Shown here: piece after piece, positions 36,213-48,488 of the stretch | Numbering within the stretch: position 1 is the stretch's first letter | Layout of the letters: every line of letters starts with the position of its first letter | Source: Pecten maximus | Lineage: Eukaryota | Assembly: GCF_902652985.1 (NCBI RefSeq) | Contig: NC_047016.1 | Location: 5,766,001 to 5,830,000, forward strand | Direction: 5' to 3' | DNA: 64,000 nt | Notes under the pieces: model-generated | The model's input: only the letters and a program-made list of their open reading frames with translations | The model's database searches: none | What the model was told of the DNA's origin: nothing | Translations under genes and position numbers: made by a program

Positions 36213-38260
36213 TATTACAGTGAAATATTAATAGTAATCGACAATAAAACAGTCTTGTATTACAGTGAAATATTAACAGTAATCGACAATAAGTCAGTTA
36301 TGTATTACAGTGAAATGTTAACATTAATCGGCAATAAGTCAGTTATGTATTACAGTGAAATGTTAACATTAATCGGCAATAAGTCAGTCTTGTATTACAG
36401 TGAAATGTCAACATTAATCGTCAATAAGTCAGTATTGTATTACAGTAAAATATTAACAGTAATCGTCAATAAGTCAGTCTTGTATTACAGTAAAATGTTA
36501 ACAGTAATCGTCAATAAGTCAGTCTTGTATTACAGTGAAATGTTAACAGTAATCGTCAATAAGTCAGTCTTGTATTACTGTGAAATGTTAACAGTAATCG
36601 TCAATAAGTCAGTCTTGTATTACTGTGAAATGTTAACAGTAATCGTACAATAAGTCAGTCTTGCTATTACATGTGAAATGTTAACATTAATCGTCAATAA
36701 GTCAGTCTTCTATTAAGTGAAATGTTAACAGTAATCGTCAATAAGTCAGTTCTTGTATTACATGTGAAATGTTAACATTAATCGTCAATAAGTCAGTCTT
36801 GTATTACAGTGAAATGTTCAACAGTAATCGTCAATAAGTCAGTCTTGTATTACATGTGAAATGTTAACAGTAAGTCGTCAATAAGTCAGTCTTGTATTAC
36901 AGTGAAATGTTAACAGTAATCGTCAATAAGTCAGTCTTGTATTACAGTAAAATGTTAACAGTAATCGTCAATAAGTCAGTCTTGTATTACAGTGAAATGT
37001 TAACAGTAATCGTAAATAAGTCAGTCTTGTATTACAGTGAAATGTTAACAGTAATCGTCAATAAGTCAGTCTTGTATTACTGTGAAATGTTAACAGTAAT
37101 CGTCAATAAGTCAGTCTTGTATTACAGTGAAATGTTAACAGTAATCGTCAATAAGTCAGTCTTGTATTACAGTGAAATGTTAACAGTAATCGTCAATAAG
37201 TCAGTCTTGTATTACAGTAAAATGTTAACAGTAATCGTCAATAAGTCAGTCTTGTATTACAGTAAAATGTTAACAGTAATCGTCAATAAGTCAGTCTTGT
37301 ATTACAGTAAAATGTTAACAGTAATCGTCAATAAGTCAGTCTTGTATTACAGTAAAATGTTAACAGTAATCGTCAATAAGTCAGTCTTGTATTACAGTAA
37401 AATGTCAACAGTAATCGTCAATAAGTCAGTTTTGTATTACAGTAAAATGTTAACATTAATCGGCAATAAGTCAGTCTTGTATTACAGTGAAATGTCAACA
37501 TTAATCGTCAATAAGTCAGTCTTGTATTACAGTAAAATGTTAACAGTAATCGTCAATAAGTCAGTTTTGTATTACAGTAAAATGTTAACAGTAATCGTCA
37601 ATAAGTCAGTTTTGTATTACAGTAAAATGTTAACAGTAATCGTCAATAAGTCAGTTTTGTATTACAGTAAAATGTTAACAGTAATCGTCAATAAGTCAGT
37701 CTTGTAATACAGTAAAATGTTAACAGTAATCGTCAATAAGTCAGTTTTGTATTACAGTAAAATGTTAACAGTAATCGTCAATAAGTCAGTTTTGTATTAC
37801 AGTAAAATGTTAACAGTAATCGTCAATAAGTCAGTCTTGTATTACAGTGAAATGTTAACAGTAATCGTCAATAAGTCAGTTCTGTATTACAGTGAAATGT
37901 TAACAGTAATCGTCAATAAGTCAGCCTTGTAATACAGTAAAATGTTAACAGTAATCGTCAATAAGTCAGTTTTGTATTACAGTAAAATGTTAACAGTAAT
38001 CGTCAATAAGTCAGTCTTGTATTACAGTGAAATGTTAACAGTAATCGTCAATAAGTCAGCCTTGTAATACAGTAAAATGTTAACAGTAATCGACAATAAG
38101 CCAGTCTTGTATTACAGTAAAATGTTAACAGTAATCGTCAATAAGTCGGTCTTGTATTACAGAGAAATGTCAACAGTAATCGTCAATAAGTCAGTATTGT
38201 ATTACAGTAACATGTTAACAGTAATCGTCAATAAGCCAGTCTTGTATTACAGTAAAATGC
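36213..38260. repeat. 45-bp minisatellite (about 45 copies)
   Basis: Unit tattacagtaaaatgttaacagtaatcgtcaataagtcagtcttg. It is the source of the (YYSKMLTVIVNKSVL)n ORFs. Confidence 0.97.
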
Positions 38261-38782
38261 AGTGATTCCGAAGAAATGTGGAACTATTTGGAGTCCCGGA
38301 TGTACCCATATATACATATTTAATTATTTTCATTATTATCATTTGTTTGTTTTTGTTTGTTGTTATTTAAGAATCAGATTCGTATTTTACGTTGATATTA
38401 TTACATGTGTGTTATTGAGTAAGGATGAAGTTTATTGACGTATAAATCATTTCTAATTTTTCGCTCTTTGTACTCAGAATACTGCTTTCTGATTCGTCAT
38501 TTGTTTTCTTTTCATACTACCATAAATGAAAATATTAAGTTTCGCCCAATAGGTAATTATTGTAGGAGTCAATAGTTACGCGTCACCTAGCGGACCTACT
38601 TATTTTTTTATGAATGCAATTTTTGTTTAAACAATTTTGCTTACGCACACGCAGTGTGTACGGCTCACTGTAATGCAATGTTGTAAAAACGCGAACTGCA
38701 ACAACGTTAAATATTTGAATACATGTCATAAAGAGGAAATCAGAAACAATGGGGTAGTAATGGTTTTGTTATGGCACAATCA

Positions 38783-38848
38783 ATTAAGAAGGTAACATAT
38801 GTTTTTACAAACTTTTATAAGAATCCGCTACGCAGATTCAAAGTTTGC

Positions 38849-38879
<31 letters not shown>

Positions 38880-38886
38880 TATTAAA
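38783..38886. mobile_element. Short imperfect palindromic element with internal poly-A expansion
   Basis: Hairpin caaacttt...gaatccGC-TAC-GCagattc-aaagtttg (38808-38847), with weakly complementary outer ends. Confidence 0.5.
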
Positions 38887-39199
38887 CTAGTAATATTGAC
38901 ACCAATGTTTAAATATTCTTTGATCTCACTTTTATGATCTCACTTTTATTTATCACTTTCTTTCGTAAAATAATTACCAGAGATAGATATTAATGAAGGA
39001 ACATGTTTACAAGATTATGCAGTCATCATGCTATCATTGATTTGAGCCCTTTGACGTTATTGGCGTTTCACTATTCTTAGTACAAAACGTGTTCCAAGTG
39101 GGAAGTGAGGATGCACATACTTAAATATTGATGGAATCGATACAGGAAGGCAAATAAACAGTCAGTGCAACATATACCCATTTAATCCATCAATGGTAT

Positions 39200-39957
39200 T
39201 AAAAATACACGTCTAAAAGGTGCGGAAACATGACTAAAATACACATCTAAAAGGTGTGGAGACATTACAAAAATACACAAGTCTAAAAAGAGCAAAAACA
39301 TGACTGAAATACACCTCTAAAAGGTCCGGAAATTTGACTAAAAACACATCTAAAAAGTGCAGGAAAATGATTGAAAAACACGTCCGAAACGTGGGAAAAC
39401 ATGACTGAAATACATGTCTAAAAAGTGCGGATATGACAAAAATATACGTCTAAAAATGGTTCGGAAACAAGACTGGAAAACACATCTAAAAAGTGCGGAA
39501 ACATGACTGAAATACACGTCTAAAAGGTTTGGAAATATGTTTTAAGTACACGTCTAAAAACTGCGGAAATTTGACTCAAATACACGTCTAAAAGGGGTGC
39601 GGAAACAAGACTTAAAAACATATCTAAAATGTGCGGAAACATGACTGAAATACACATCTAAACGTTGGAAAAACATGACTGAAATACACGTCTAAAAGTG
39701 CGAAAACATGACTGAAATACACGTCTAAAAGTGCGGAAACATGACTGAAATACACGTCTAAAAGTGCGGAAACAGGACTGAAATACTAGTCTAAAAGTGC
39801 GGAAACATGACAGAAATACTAGTCTTAAAGGTGCAAAAACAGGACTAAAAAAACACGTGTAAATCGTGCTGAAACATGACTGAAATACACGTCTAAAAGA
39901 TGTGGAAACAGGACTGAAATACACGTCTTAAAGGTGCGAAAACAGGACTGAAATACA
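39200..39957. repeat. 33-34-bp minisatellite
   Basis: Unit aaatacacgtctaaaagtgcggaaacatgactg. Confidence 0.93.
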
Positions 39958-40065
39958 AATGCAAATGGTCAAAATAAAAAATCTACGATTAAAATCGGAC
40001 CTGAGGTATACCGTAGTTGTAACAGTAGCCACATGGTGAAATGGACTATTTTATGGGGCAAACAA

Positions 40066-40287
40066 TAATAACCCAATGACATGCCGTAATAACGACAATG
40101 ACATGCCGTAATAACCCAATGACATGCCGTAATAACGGCAATGACATGCCGTAATAACGACAATGACATGCCGTAATAACCCAATGACATGCCGTAATAT
40201 CCCAATGACATGCCGTAATAACGACAATGACATGCCGTAATAACCCAATGACATGCCGTAATAACCCAATGACATGCCGTAATAACG
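40066..40287. repeat. Mixed 21/22-bp minisatellite
   Basis: Interleaved aatgacatgccgtaataaccc and aatgacatgccgtaataacgac. Confidence 0.95.
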
Positions 40288-40522
40288 AACCTCCCCTGGC
40301 AGTTTGAAGGGCATCAAGTCTTGCTTTCCGTCCTCATACGCTGTGTACATATGTATATGTGAAAGTTTTCATTTTGTGTTTCAACGTTTAAAGTATGGAC
40401 ACATAAAGGTATATATCCTAACACGTATGTCAAACCAAATGTAAGCCGTGACCTGATATCATTTGGAAAAGGCCAAGTTAAGTGTTCAATTCTGTTTGTT
40501 TTTTTTAAATTTTATTTTTTTT

Positions 40523-40557
<35 letters not shown>

Positions 40558-41199
40558 GTGTTAATATGTTTCAAGACATGTAAATAAGAATCGTTATTAA
40601 ACATCAAAGGCATAGAACAAGTAGAACAAGGTTTACCAGGGAAAGGAAACAACTTGTCGTGATAATTAGCTGTAGTTACCCCAGTCGCTATAGTTTACTG
40701 GTATATAGGTGCAGTATTCTGTATGCTTCTTCCTTCCCAGCCACCGTATCACCCTAGCATCGTTATGGATTCCATGTGGTATTAGATAATTTAATGCGTT
40801 TAACAAACCTTACACACATCGCCAAATATAAATATTTCATATCTAAATAGTATACGATATTGCTTAGGTATTCTACATCCACCACAAAATTGATTTAGCA
40901 TGGAAATCGAATTGAATCCTTAAAATCCAGACTACATGCAATAAATAACAGTATATTATAGTACCCGTTACCTAGAACAACATAAAGATCGATAAGATTT
41001 GTGCACCTTTACATGTAGAACGGCGTCGTCTGCCGCTCACTGCAATCTTGTCATTTCTCTACCTTCCCTTGTGTTGGTCAAACATTTAACTACCATATTT
41101 GGCTATACGATCGCACACCTAGCGACAACACATTATTGTATTTGCATGTATATAAGAGTAGATTCGTTAAAGTACATCCTGTAAACCTACCTCCGAACC

Positions 41200-42102
41200 T
41201 CACACCACACCACACCACACCCACACCACACCACACTACACCACACCGCACCACACCGCACCACACCTCACCAACCCGCACCGCATCACACCACTCCACA
41301 CCACACTACACCACGCCACACCACACCAAACAGCAGCACACCAAACCACACCACACACCATCACACCAAACCACATCACACCAAACAACACACCACAACC
41401 ACATCACACACAACCACAACACGCCACACCACAACACATCACACCACATAGCATCACACCACATTAATCCACACCACAGAGCACAGCAAAGCACAAAACA
41501 TTGTAGTACATAAATCGATACCACACCACCACACCACATCACATCACACTAAGCCACACCACACCACACCACACAAAAAACCACTTCACATCATACCACT
41601 TCAGACCACACCACACCACACCACACCACACCACGCAAGACCACACAGCACACCACACACCACACCACTCCACATCACACCACATCAATCCACATCAATC
41701 TACACACCACACCACACCACACCACACCACACCACGCAAGACCACACCACACCACGCAAGACCACACAGCACACCACACCACATCACACCACATCAATCC
41801 ACATCATACCACATCAATCTACACACCACACCACACACCACATCACACCACACCACATCACATCATACCACATCAATCTACACACCACACCACACACCAC
41901 ATCACACCACACCACATCACATCATACCACATCAATCTACACACCACACCACACCACACCACACCACACATCATATCACACCACACCACACACCACACCA
42001 CACCACAACACACCACACCACATCACATCATACCACATCAATCTACACACCACACCACACCACAACACACCACATCAATCCACATCATACCACATCACAC
42101 AT
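41200..42102. repeat. (CACCA)n-type pentamer satellite running into the assembly gap
   Basis: Direct reading. It explains the His/Thr-rich and VWC-rich ORFs. Confidence 0.95.
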
Positions 42103-42453
42103 NNNNNNNNNNNNNNNNNNNNNNNNNNNNNNNNNNNNNNNNNNNNNNNNNNNNNNNNNNNNNNNNNNNNNNNNNNNNNNNNNNNNNNNNNNNNNNNNNN
42201 NNNNNNNNNNNNNNNNNNNNNNNNNNNNNNNNNNNNNNNNNAATCCACCTCNNNNNNNNNNNNNNNNNNNNNNNNNNNNNNNNNNNNNNNNNNNNNNNNN
42301 NNNNNNNNNNNNNNNNNNNNNNNNNNNNNNNNNNNNNNNNNNNNNNNNNNNNNNNNNNNNNNNNNNNNNNNNNNNNNNNNNNNNNNNNNNNNNNNNNNNN
42401 NNNNNNNNNNNNNNNNNNNNNNNNNNNNNNNNNNNNNNNNNNNNNNNNNNNNN
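42103..42453. other. Assembly gap (two N runs around a 10-bp island at 42242-42251)
   Basis: N characters. Distances and contiguity across the gap are uncertain. Confidence 0.99.
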
Positions 42454-43271
42454 GCTCAACACAGCACTGTTGAAATGATAAAGAATTTCCCCCATTTTCT
42501 ACAATATCATTTAAATTGAAACAATAGCATGTCTCAAAATGTTGTATATTTCTAGATTCCTGTTAACCAAAATAATATGCACATCTCTTGTTGCCAATAG
42601 ACAAATTTTGTGGAACATCACACACACACAGCAAGAATTATTTATCTATTTACGTCAACAACATATATGTTGAAATTATCATTACTAATACATCTCTTTT
42701 TATGTGATGAGACGATTACGAATGCGTAAATACAATTTCTCCAAAAATAAAATAGTTCAGACTGTAGGTAGTTTCATTAATTCTCCATAAGATGACGTCA
42801 TATACCCGTTTTTTTCAGATTCCTGACATTTACTGACCCTGTCGCATTTTTGGTTACCAAAATCTTTGGTAAACGATGCGGCTTGGATTTCATGATATTA
42901 ATTATGTATAGGCAATCGGTATATGGTTGTGGACACGTGTACACTCATATAAACTGCTGTTGCACAACCTATGTACCTATTTTTGGCATCACGAGTAGCC
43001 AAGTGTACGCCAAGTTTGACCTTGGGCATTTTGTCTGTCTGGAGATACCAATTATAATATAAACTGCTTTCATTCTACTCCTTTAGTCTAAAGTGACATA
43101 CCAGTAACGCGTCGTGGTAGGCGTCCTTCTGAACGGGAGGGACACGTCGACGGATACGGAAATGATCATCTGACATTATCTGAAGAGGTTTTACGAAAGA
43201 GTCTACGATGTCTAGTATCTGGTGAATATCAACAGAAGGAAGACATCTTCCCCGGAATTATTAGTTATCTT

Positions 43272-44495
43272 ACCATCCCCTCAATGATTAGTAAAGATAC
43301 CATCCCCTCAATGATTAGTAAAGATACCATTCCTTCAATGATTAGTTAAGATACCATCCACTCAATGATAAGTAAAGATACCATTCCCTCAATGATTAGT
43401 TAAGATACCATCCCTTCAATGATTAGTTAAGATACCATCCCCTGAATGATAAGTTATGTTACCATCCCTTCAATGATAAGTTCAGATACCATCCCCTGAA
43501 TGATAAGTTATGTTACCATCCCCTCAATGATTAGTCAAGATACCATCCTCTTAATGATTAGTCAAGATACCATCCCCTCAATGATTGGTCAAGATACCAT
43601 CCCCTCAATGATAAGTTAAGATACCATCCCCTCAATGATTAGTTAAGATATCATCCCCTCAATGATTAGTTAAGATACCATCCCCTCAATGATTAGTAAA
43701 GATACCATCCCCTCAATGATTAGTTAAGATACCATCCCCTCAATGATTAGTTAAAATACCATCCATTCAATGATTAGTATAGATACCATCCCCTCAATGA
43801 TTAGTAGCATAACATCCCCTCAATGATTAGTAAAGATACCATCCATTCAATGATTAGTCAAGATACCATCCCCTCAATGATAAGTTCAGATACCATCCCC
43901 TGAATGATAAGTTATGTTACCATCCCCTCAATGATTAGTCAAGATACCATCCTCTTAATGATTAGTCAAGATACCATCCCCTCAATGATTGGTCAAGATA
44001 CCATCCCCTCAATGATTAGTAAAGATACCATCCCCTCAATGATTAGTCAAGATACCATCCCCTCAATGATTAGTTAAGATACCATCCCCTCAATGATTAG
44101 TAAAGATACCATCCCATCAATGATTAGTAAAGATACCATCCCGTAAATGATTAGTAAAGATACCATCCCCTCAATGATTAGTAGCATACCATCCCGTTAA
44201 TGATTAGTAAAGATACCATCCCCTCAATGATTAGTAAAGATACCATCCCCTCAATGATTGGTAGCATAACATCCCCTCAATGATAAGTAAAGATACCATC
44301 CCCTCAATGATTAGTAAAGATAACATCCCCTCAATGATTAGTAAAGACACCATCCCGTTAATGATTAGTAGCATACCATCCCCTCAATGATTAGTAGCAT
44401 ACCATCCTCTCAATGATAAGTAAAGATACCATCCCCTCAATGATTAGTAAAGATACCATCCCCTCAATGATTAGTAGCAACCATCCCGTCAATGA
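43272..44495. repeat. 27-bp minisatellite (about 45 copies)
   Basis: Unit taccatcccctcaatgattagtaaaga. A variant block containing ttcaga recurs at 43481 and 43885. Confidence 0.97.
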
Positions 44496-44889
44496 CACGT
44501 CTATGTTTTGATAGAGACACGGTATCAATGATACAGGATGATATTACGCCTTCCCATTGTCATTGACTGGTCTAGCTACTTACATCGGTCGCACTTTGTG
44601 ATGTTTGGATTCTCTGTCGTGACTCAGTGTAACAACTGTGTAAATCACTAACCTGCATTGCCTTGCCAGTGTAAAACATAATGACTCGTTTTTGTCTATC
44701 TTGGCCGTGTATTCAATACTAAAGTTAAAGTTACCTGTAATACAAATAATATGGAGAGGTATATTTATACACTAATCAATTAATTTGATTATATTTCACA
44801 GTAATGATAAAACTGGCCGCCAGAATAATGACCAGTATGAGGGAAATGATCATTAATACAGTTATGTCAGAGCTGACAGTGAGAAAATG

Positions 44890-45102
44890 CAGTTATGGTA
44901 GAGCTGGGCGCTACATCCATACAGTTATGGTATAGCTGGGCGCTACATCCATACAGTTATGGTAGAGCTGGGCGCTACATCCATACAGTTATGGTAGAGC
45001 TGGGCGCTACATCCATACATTTATGGTAGAGCTGGGCGCTACATCCATACAGTTATGGTAGAGCTGGGCGCTACATCCATACAGTTATGGTAGGGCTGGG
45101 CG
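44890..45102. repeat. 32-bp minisatellite (about 6.5 copies)
   Basis: Unit cagttatggtagagctgggcgctacatccata. Confidence 0.96.
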
Positions 45103-46504
45103 TTAGAATGACCAGTATTAGAGTATAGATAATTCATACAGTTATGATAGGGCTCAAGTTATGGTTGAACTGGTCGTCAGAACGACTAGTAGAAGAGTAG
45201 GGATCATTAATATCTGTAATATCCCACTTAATTTCAAGTTGCAATAGAAACGGAAGAAACGGAAGAATCAGGGACGTGGTTGATATTTGCGATGTTTTCA
45301 AGTCACTGGAAAGCCGGATGTCAAACTGACTGTTTGTCATAGGTAGAAAATAGAAGTTGATAATTTTAGGATAATCTGTCGATCATAAAGGGGAGGGGGG
45401 ATTACGTTGAAGATTCCATTATTAATCGGCTGCTACCATTGGCAAACTTGGAGTATTTATATTCTCTGTTCCTACCTTCATTTCCAGTTTTTTTTTTCTC
45501 GCGTGTCCGTCTTTATTGAACACATGTTGTTGACGGGGCGTAAAACCCTTAATATCAAACTATCAGGAAGAAAACGCTGATAACAAGCATCAGTGTCTGG
45601 AAGTTTTCGCAACAATGTTCATTATGGAATGATATCTATACTAAGGTGGATATCTATACTAAGGTAGATAGCTATACATTATTAACAATAATTTTAATAT
45701 CTTATTACTTCCTGAAAACGATGATGTTATATAAGCGAATCAATGTGTTACCTATTAACTACCGCTCTGAACCATTCACCGATATGTGCTTCTAAATCTA
45801 GTATCATTTCTCCAATGATGGACAATTACACATATATGTAGGGCTATTACCATGGTTATAGTGAGCTTTATCACTCCTTTAAGAGAAGGAACCACTTCAA
45901 TATCTTGGGAAAATGCAACGGTAGGCATGTCCACATCTCCTTCAACGGGATGAACAGACACATTTTCTCTATATAAAATGCACTAATTTGTCATGACAAG
46001 TCGCATGATGTTGTCCTTTTGTCAATTACTCTAAAGGTTAACAATTCCATGAGCAGATTATTGGTTTGAAATTAAATTGCAAAAATTTGTTTGTCGGTAA
46101 TGAGAAATTTTCATTTAGACTATCGATCTTGTCTAAAGTAGTGTGCATATGTAATTAAATAGAAAAGTCATTGTTTCCCTTTTGGAAGCTCCGCCGATTT
46201 CGCATGTTATGTGCGACCTTGAATCCCCAGAATGTTAAGAAATTACCTTGGTTTGGTATTGGTTCTTCATGGAGCTAACTGGTCTACCAAACAACGTCTA
46301 TCATTGGTTGTTGTTTCGTCTTTGATATATGTTCGTAACTGAGATGTATTCCTGTTAGCAAATGATTAAGATATATTCGTTGACCTACCCTATATGTAGG
46401 TCATTCTGTTAAATCACCGTCAGAATACTGTGCTAACATGTTCCGTTTTCAATATAAGTATTTAATATCAAACAGCAGTACTTGTTTCTTTTGTCGAGGT
46501 GTAT

Positions 46505-46600
46505 GTAAACTTTATTTATTTTACAACAATTGAGAAACAAGTTATATTAACTTATATTAATCACGCTTGTTGGCCCGGATGGAAGCGCGCGAGGGTCTTA
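46505..46600 (-). mobile_element. 5'-truncated copy of the 27320-family SINE
   Basis: aatcacgcttgttggcccggatggaagc is the reverse complement of the sequence at about 27480-27508. Confidence 0.88.
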
Positions 46601-48003
46601 CTTGGTGTATTTGGTATATTGATATACGGCCGTTTCTAAAAGTAGACATGGCATGTTACATAGATGTCCACGTTCCATGCACGTTTACCTCATTTTCCCA
46701 ACTTGCCGAATTTGAGGGAAAACTAACCCAATGATCAGTCTAGCTATCGTTTTACAACACAGTTAGTTTGCTGGAGTAACAGTAAGATTGTTTCACTAAT
46801 TGGAACTTTCTGAGAACCTTGAAAACAATACGAGATGTAGTACGTTGTCAACATGGGTTGGTTACTTGAACAACGTTAATGTTGATGAAGCCGATGGGAC
46901 TCGTCTATAATTTACATTTTACCGAAGCCTTTGTAAGCAAACATGAATATTTAAATATTCCATTGGTCGTATAGAAAATTAAAACAAATTCAATAACAAT
47001 TACATTAAGAAGCATGATGCAAACATTATTTAATATTTCTACAGATTATTGCCGTCTTCAATGTAGCCATAATGTATTTACTTGCATTGTTTTCCTGGTA
47101 ACGTCATATTCAATGGCGTCATCAGTATCGTCTTCTGTATGAATGTAAAGAGATTAGATAAAATACTGAAAACAAGAAAACAAACTAAGATATCATTGAA
47201 GTCGAAATCAAGAAAGGGGAATAAGGCAGTGTGTTTGTTAGGGGCTAAGCATTGTCTTCCAACAACGACCAGGTTTAATATAGCTATAAACAACCATGCT
47301 TCACCAGCAAACAGTTTTTATTGTGTTCAGTAGGTAAGGGAATAATACATATAATAAATGAAAAGTGGGAATGAAACAATACCTGAATGGAGTTCTAGTT
47401 CTAGCCTCGCCAGGATAGTTTCTTCCAGACGTCTTTACATATCACATACCGAGGTTAGAAAGTGGTTTTCGGAGTGCGAGTGTGTGTTTAATTTCAAATG
47501 TCATGATTTATTTGCGTTTTTGTTTGAAACCATTGTTAATGGTCTTCTGAAGCGCTAATGGAAACATAGGGATCAGTCGATTTCCTGTGCACGTGTTTAA
47601 CATTCTCTTTTGAGCTTGATAATCAATGATTCCATTTTCTTTAAAGTGATTGTGTTTTCACGGACCACAGATATATTGACATTTCTGATTTATACTACCG
47701 CCTACTTTTAACACGCAGACAGTCAAACCGAGAGTATTACGGTTCTAGCTGACTTTTTGTGACATTTAAACAGATTCCTCTGAAACAAAACCAAAATGAA
47801 GTCTAACCCTTTTCCAAAACTACATACATAAATGGTATATTTATATTTTGATTTGTGTATGTAATGTACCGCACATTTCTTTTATTTCTTTTTTACACAT
47901 AAGATTTAATGTGAATCTTTTCAGTAAACATCATGCTGACCTATTTATCAATGAATTGTAACGAAATATAATTATCAAGTTAACGGCTTTAGTTCAAATT
48001 TTA

Positions 48004-48488
48004 TGACGTCAAATCAGTTTCCATAAGAGATTGCGCTACCAATTCAGGGAGAACTGGCCTTCTGGTACACCATGCACACGCATAATGATCCTTTAGAAAA
48101 TTTAATAGTAAAGAGTGGGACTAGTGGTTTACACCGACAACAATTTTTACTTACAATGGCATGTCAGTTCTCACAGGCTTCTCTACGTTTCACTCGTTGG
48201 ACACTTGAAAACGAAACCTTTCGGTTTGATATGAGTATTCATAGTTTAGTGACCAATCAAAATGCTTCTCATTAATGAAACTCTTTTTTTTTGTCGTCTG
48301 AAAGATATAAACGGTATTCCAAGATCACTACGCCTGTGCGTCGTCATAGTGTTACTGCTCGACAAATCGGACTGGTCAGATTCTCCGTAGCTATTTTCTA
48401 CGGAAGCAATCAGATTGCTGGATTTTGTTCATGAATAATTCATGCATACACGATATATCAGATTTATGCAAAAACAGATGATGTGAGT
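48004..48488 (+). promoter_or_regulatory. Candidate Pol II promoter and first exon upstream of the CCN gene
   Basis: TGACGTCA (CRE) at 48004-48011, CCAAT at 48253-48257 within GACCAATCA, TATAAA at 48306-48311, and donor-like gtgagt at 48483. Motif geometry only. Confidence 0.3.

Noticed and set aside
36255-38265. Longest ORFs in the track (up to 271 aa of YYSKMLTVIVNKSVL repeats) as a repetitive protein
   Set aside because: They result from a 45-bp unit with one stop-free frame. The array contains frameshifts and TAA variants, and has no unique flanking coding sequence or splice signals.
41090-41542. His-rich and Cys/Trp/Val-rich ORFs as metal-binding or shell proteins
   Set aside because: They are translations of the (CACCA)n satellite next to an assembly gap.
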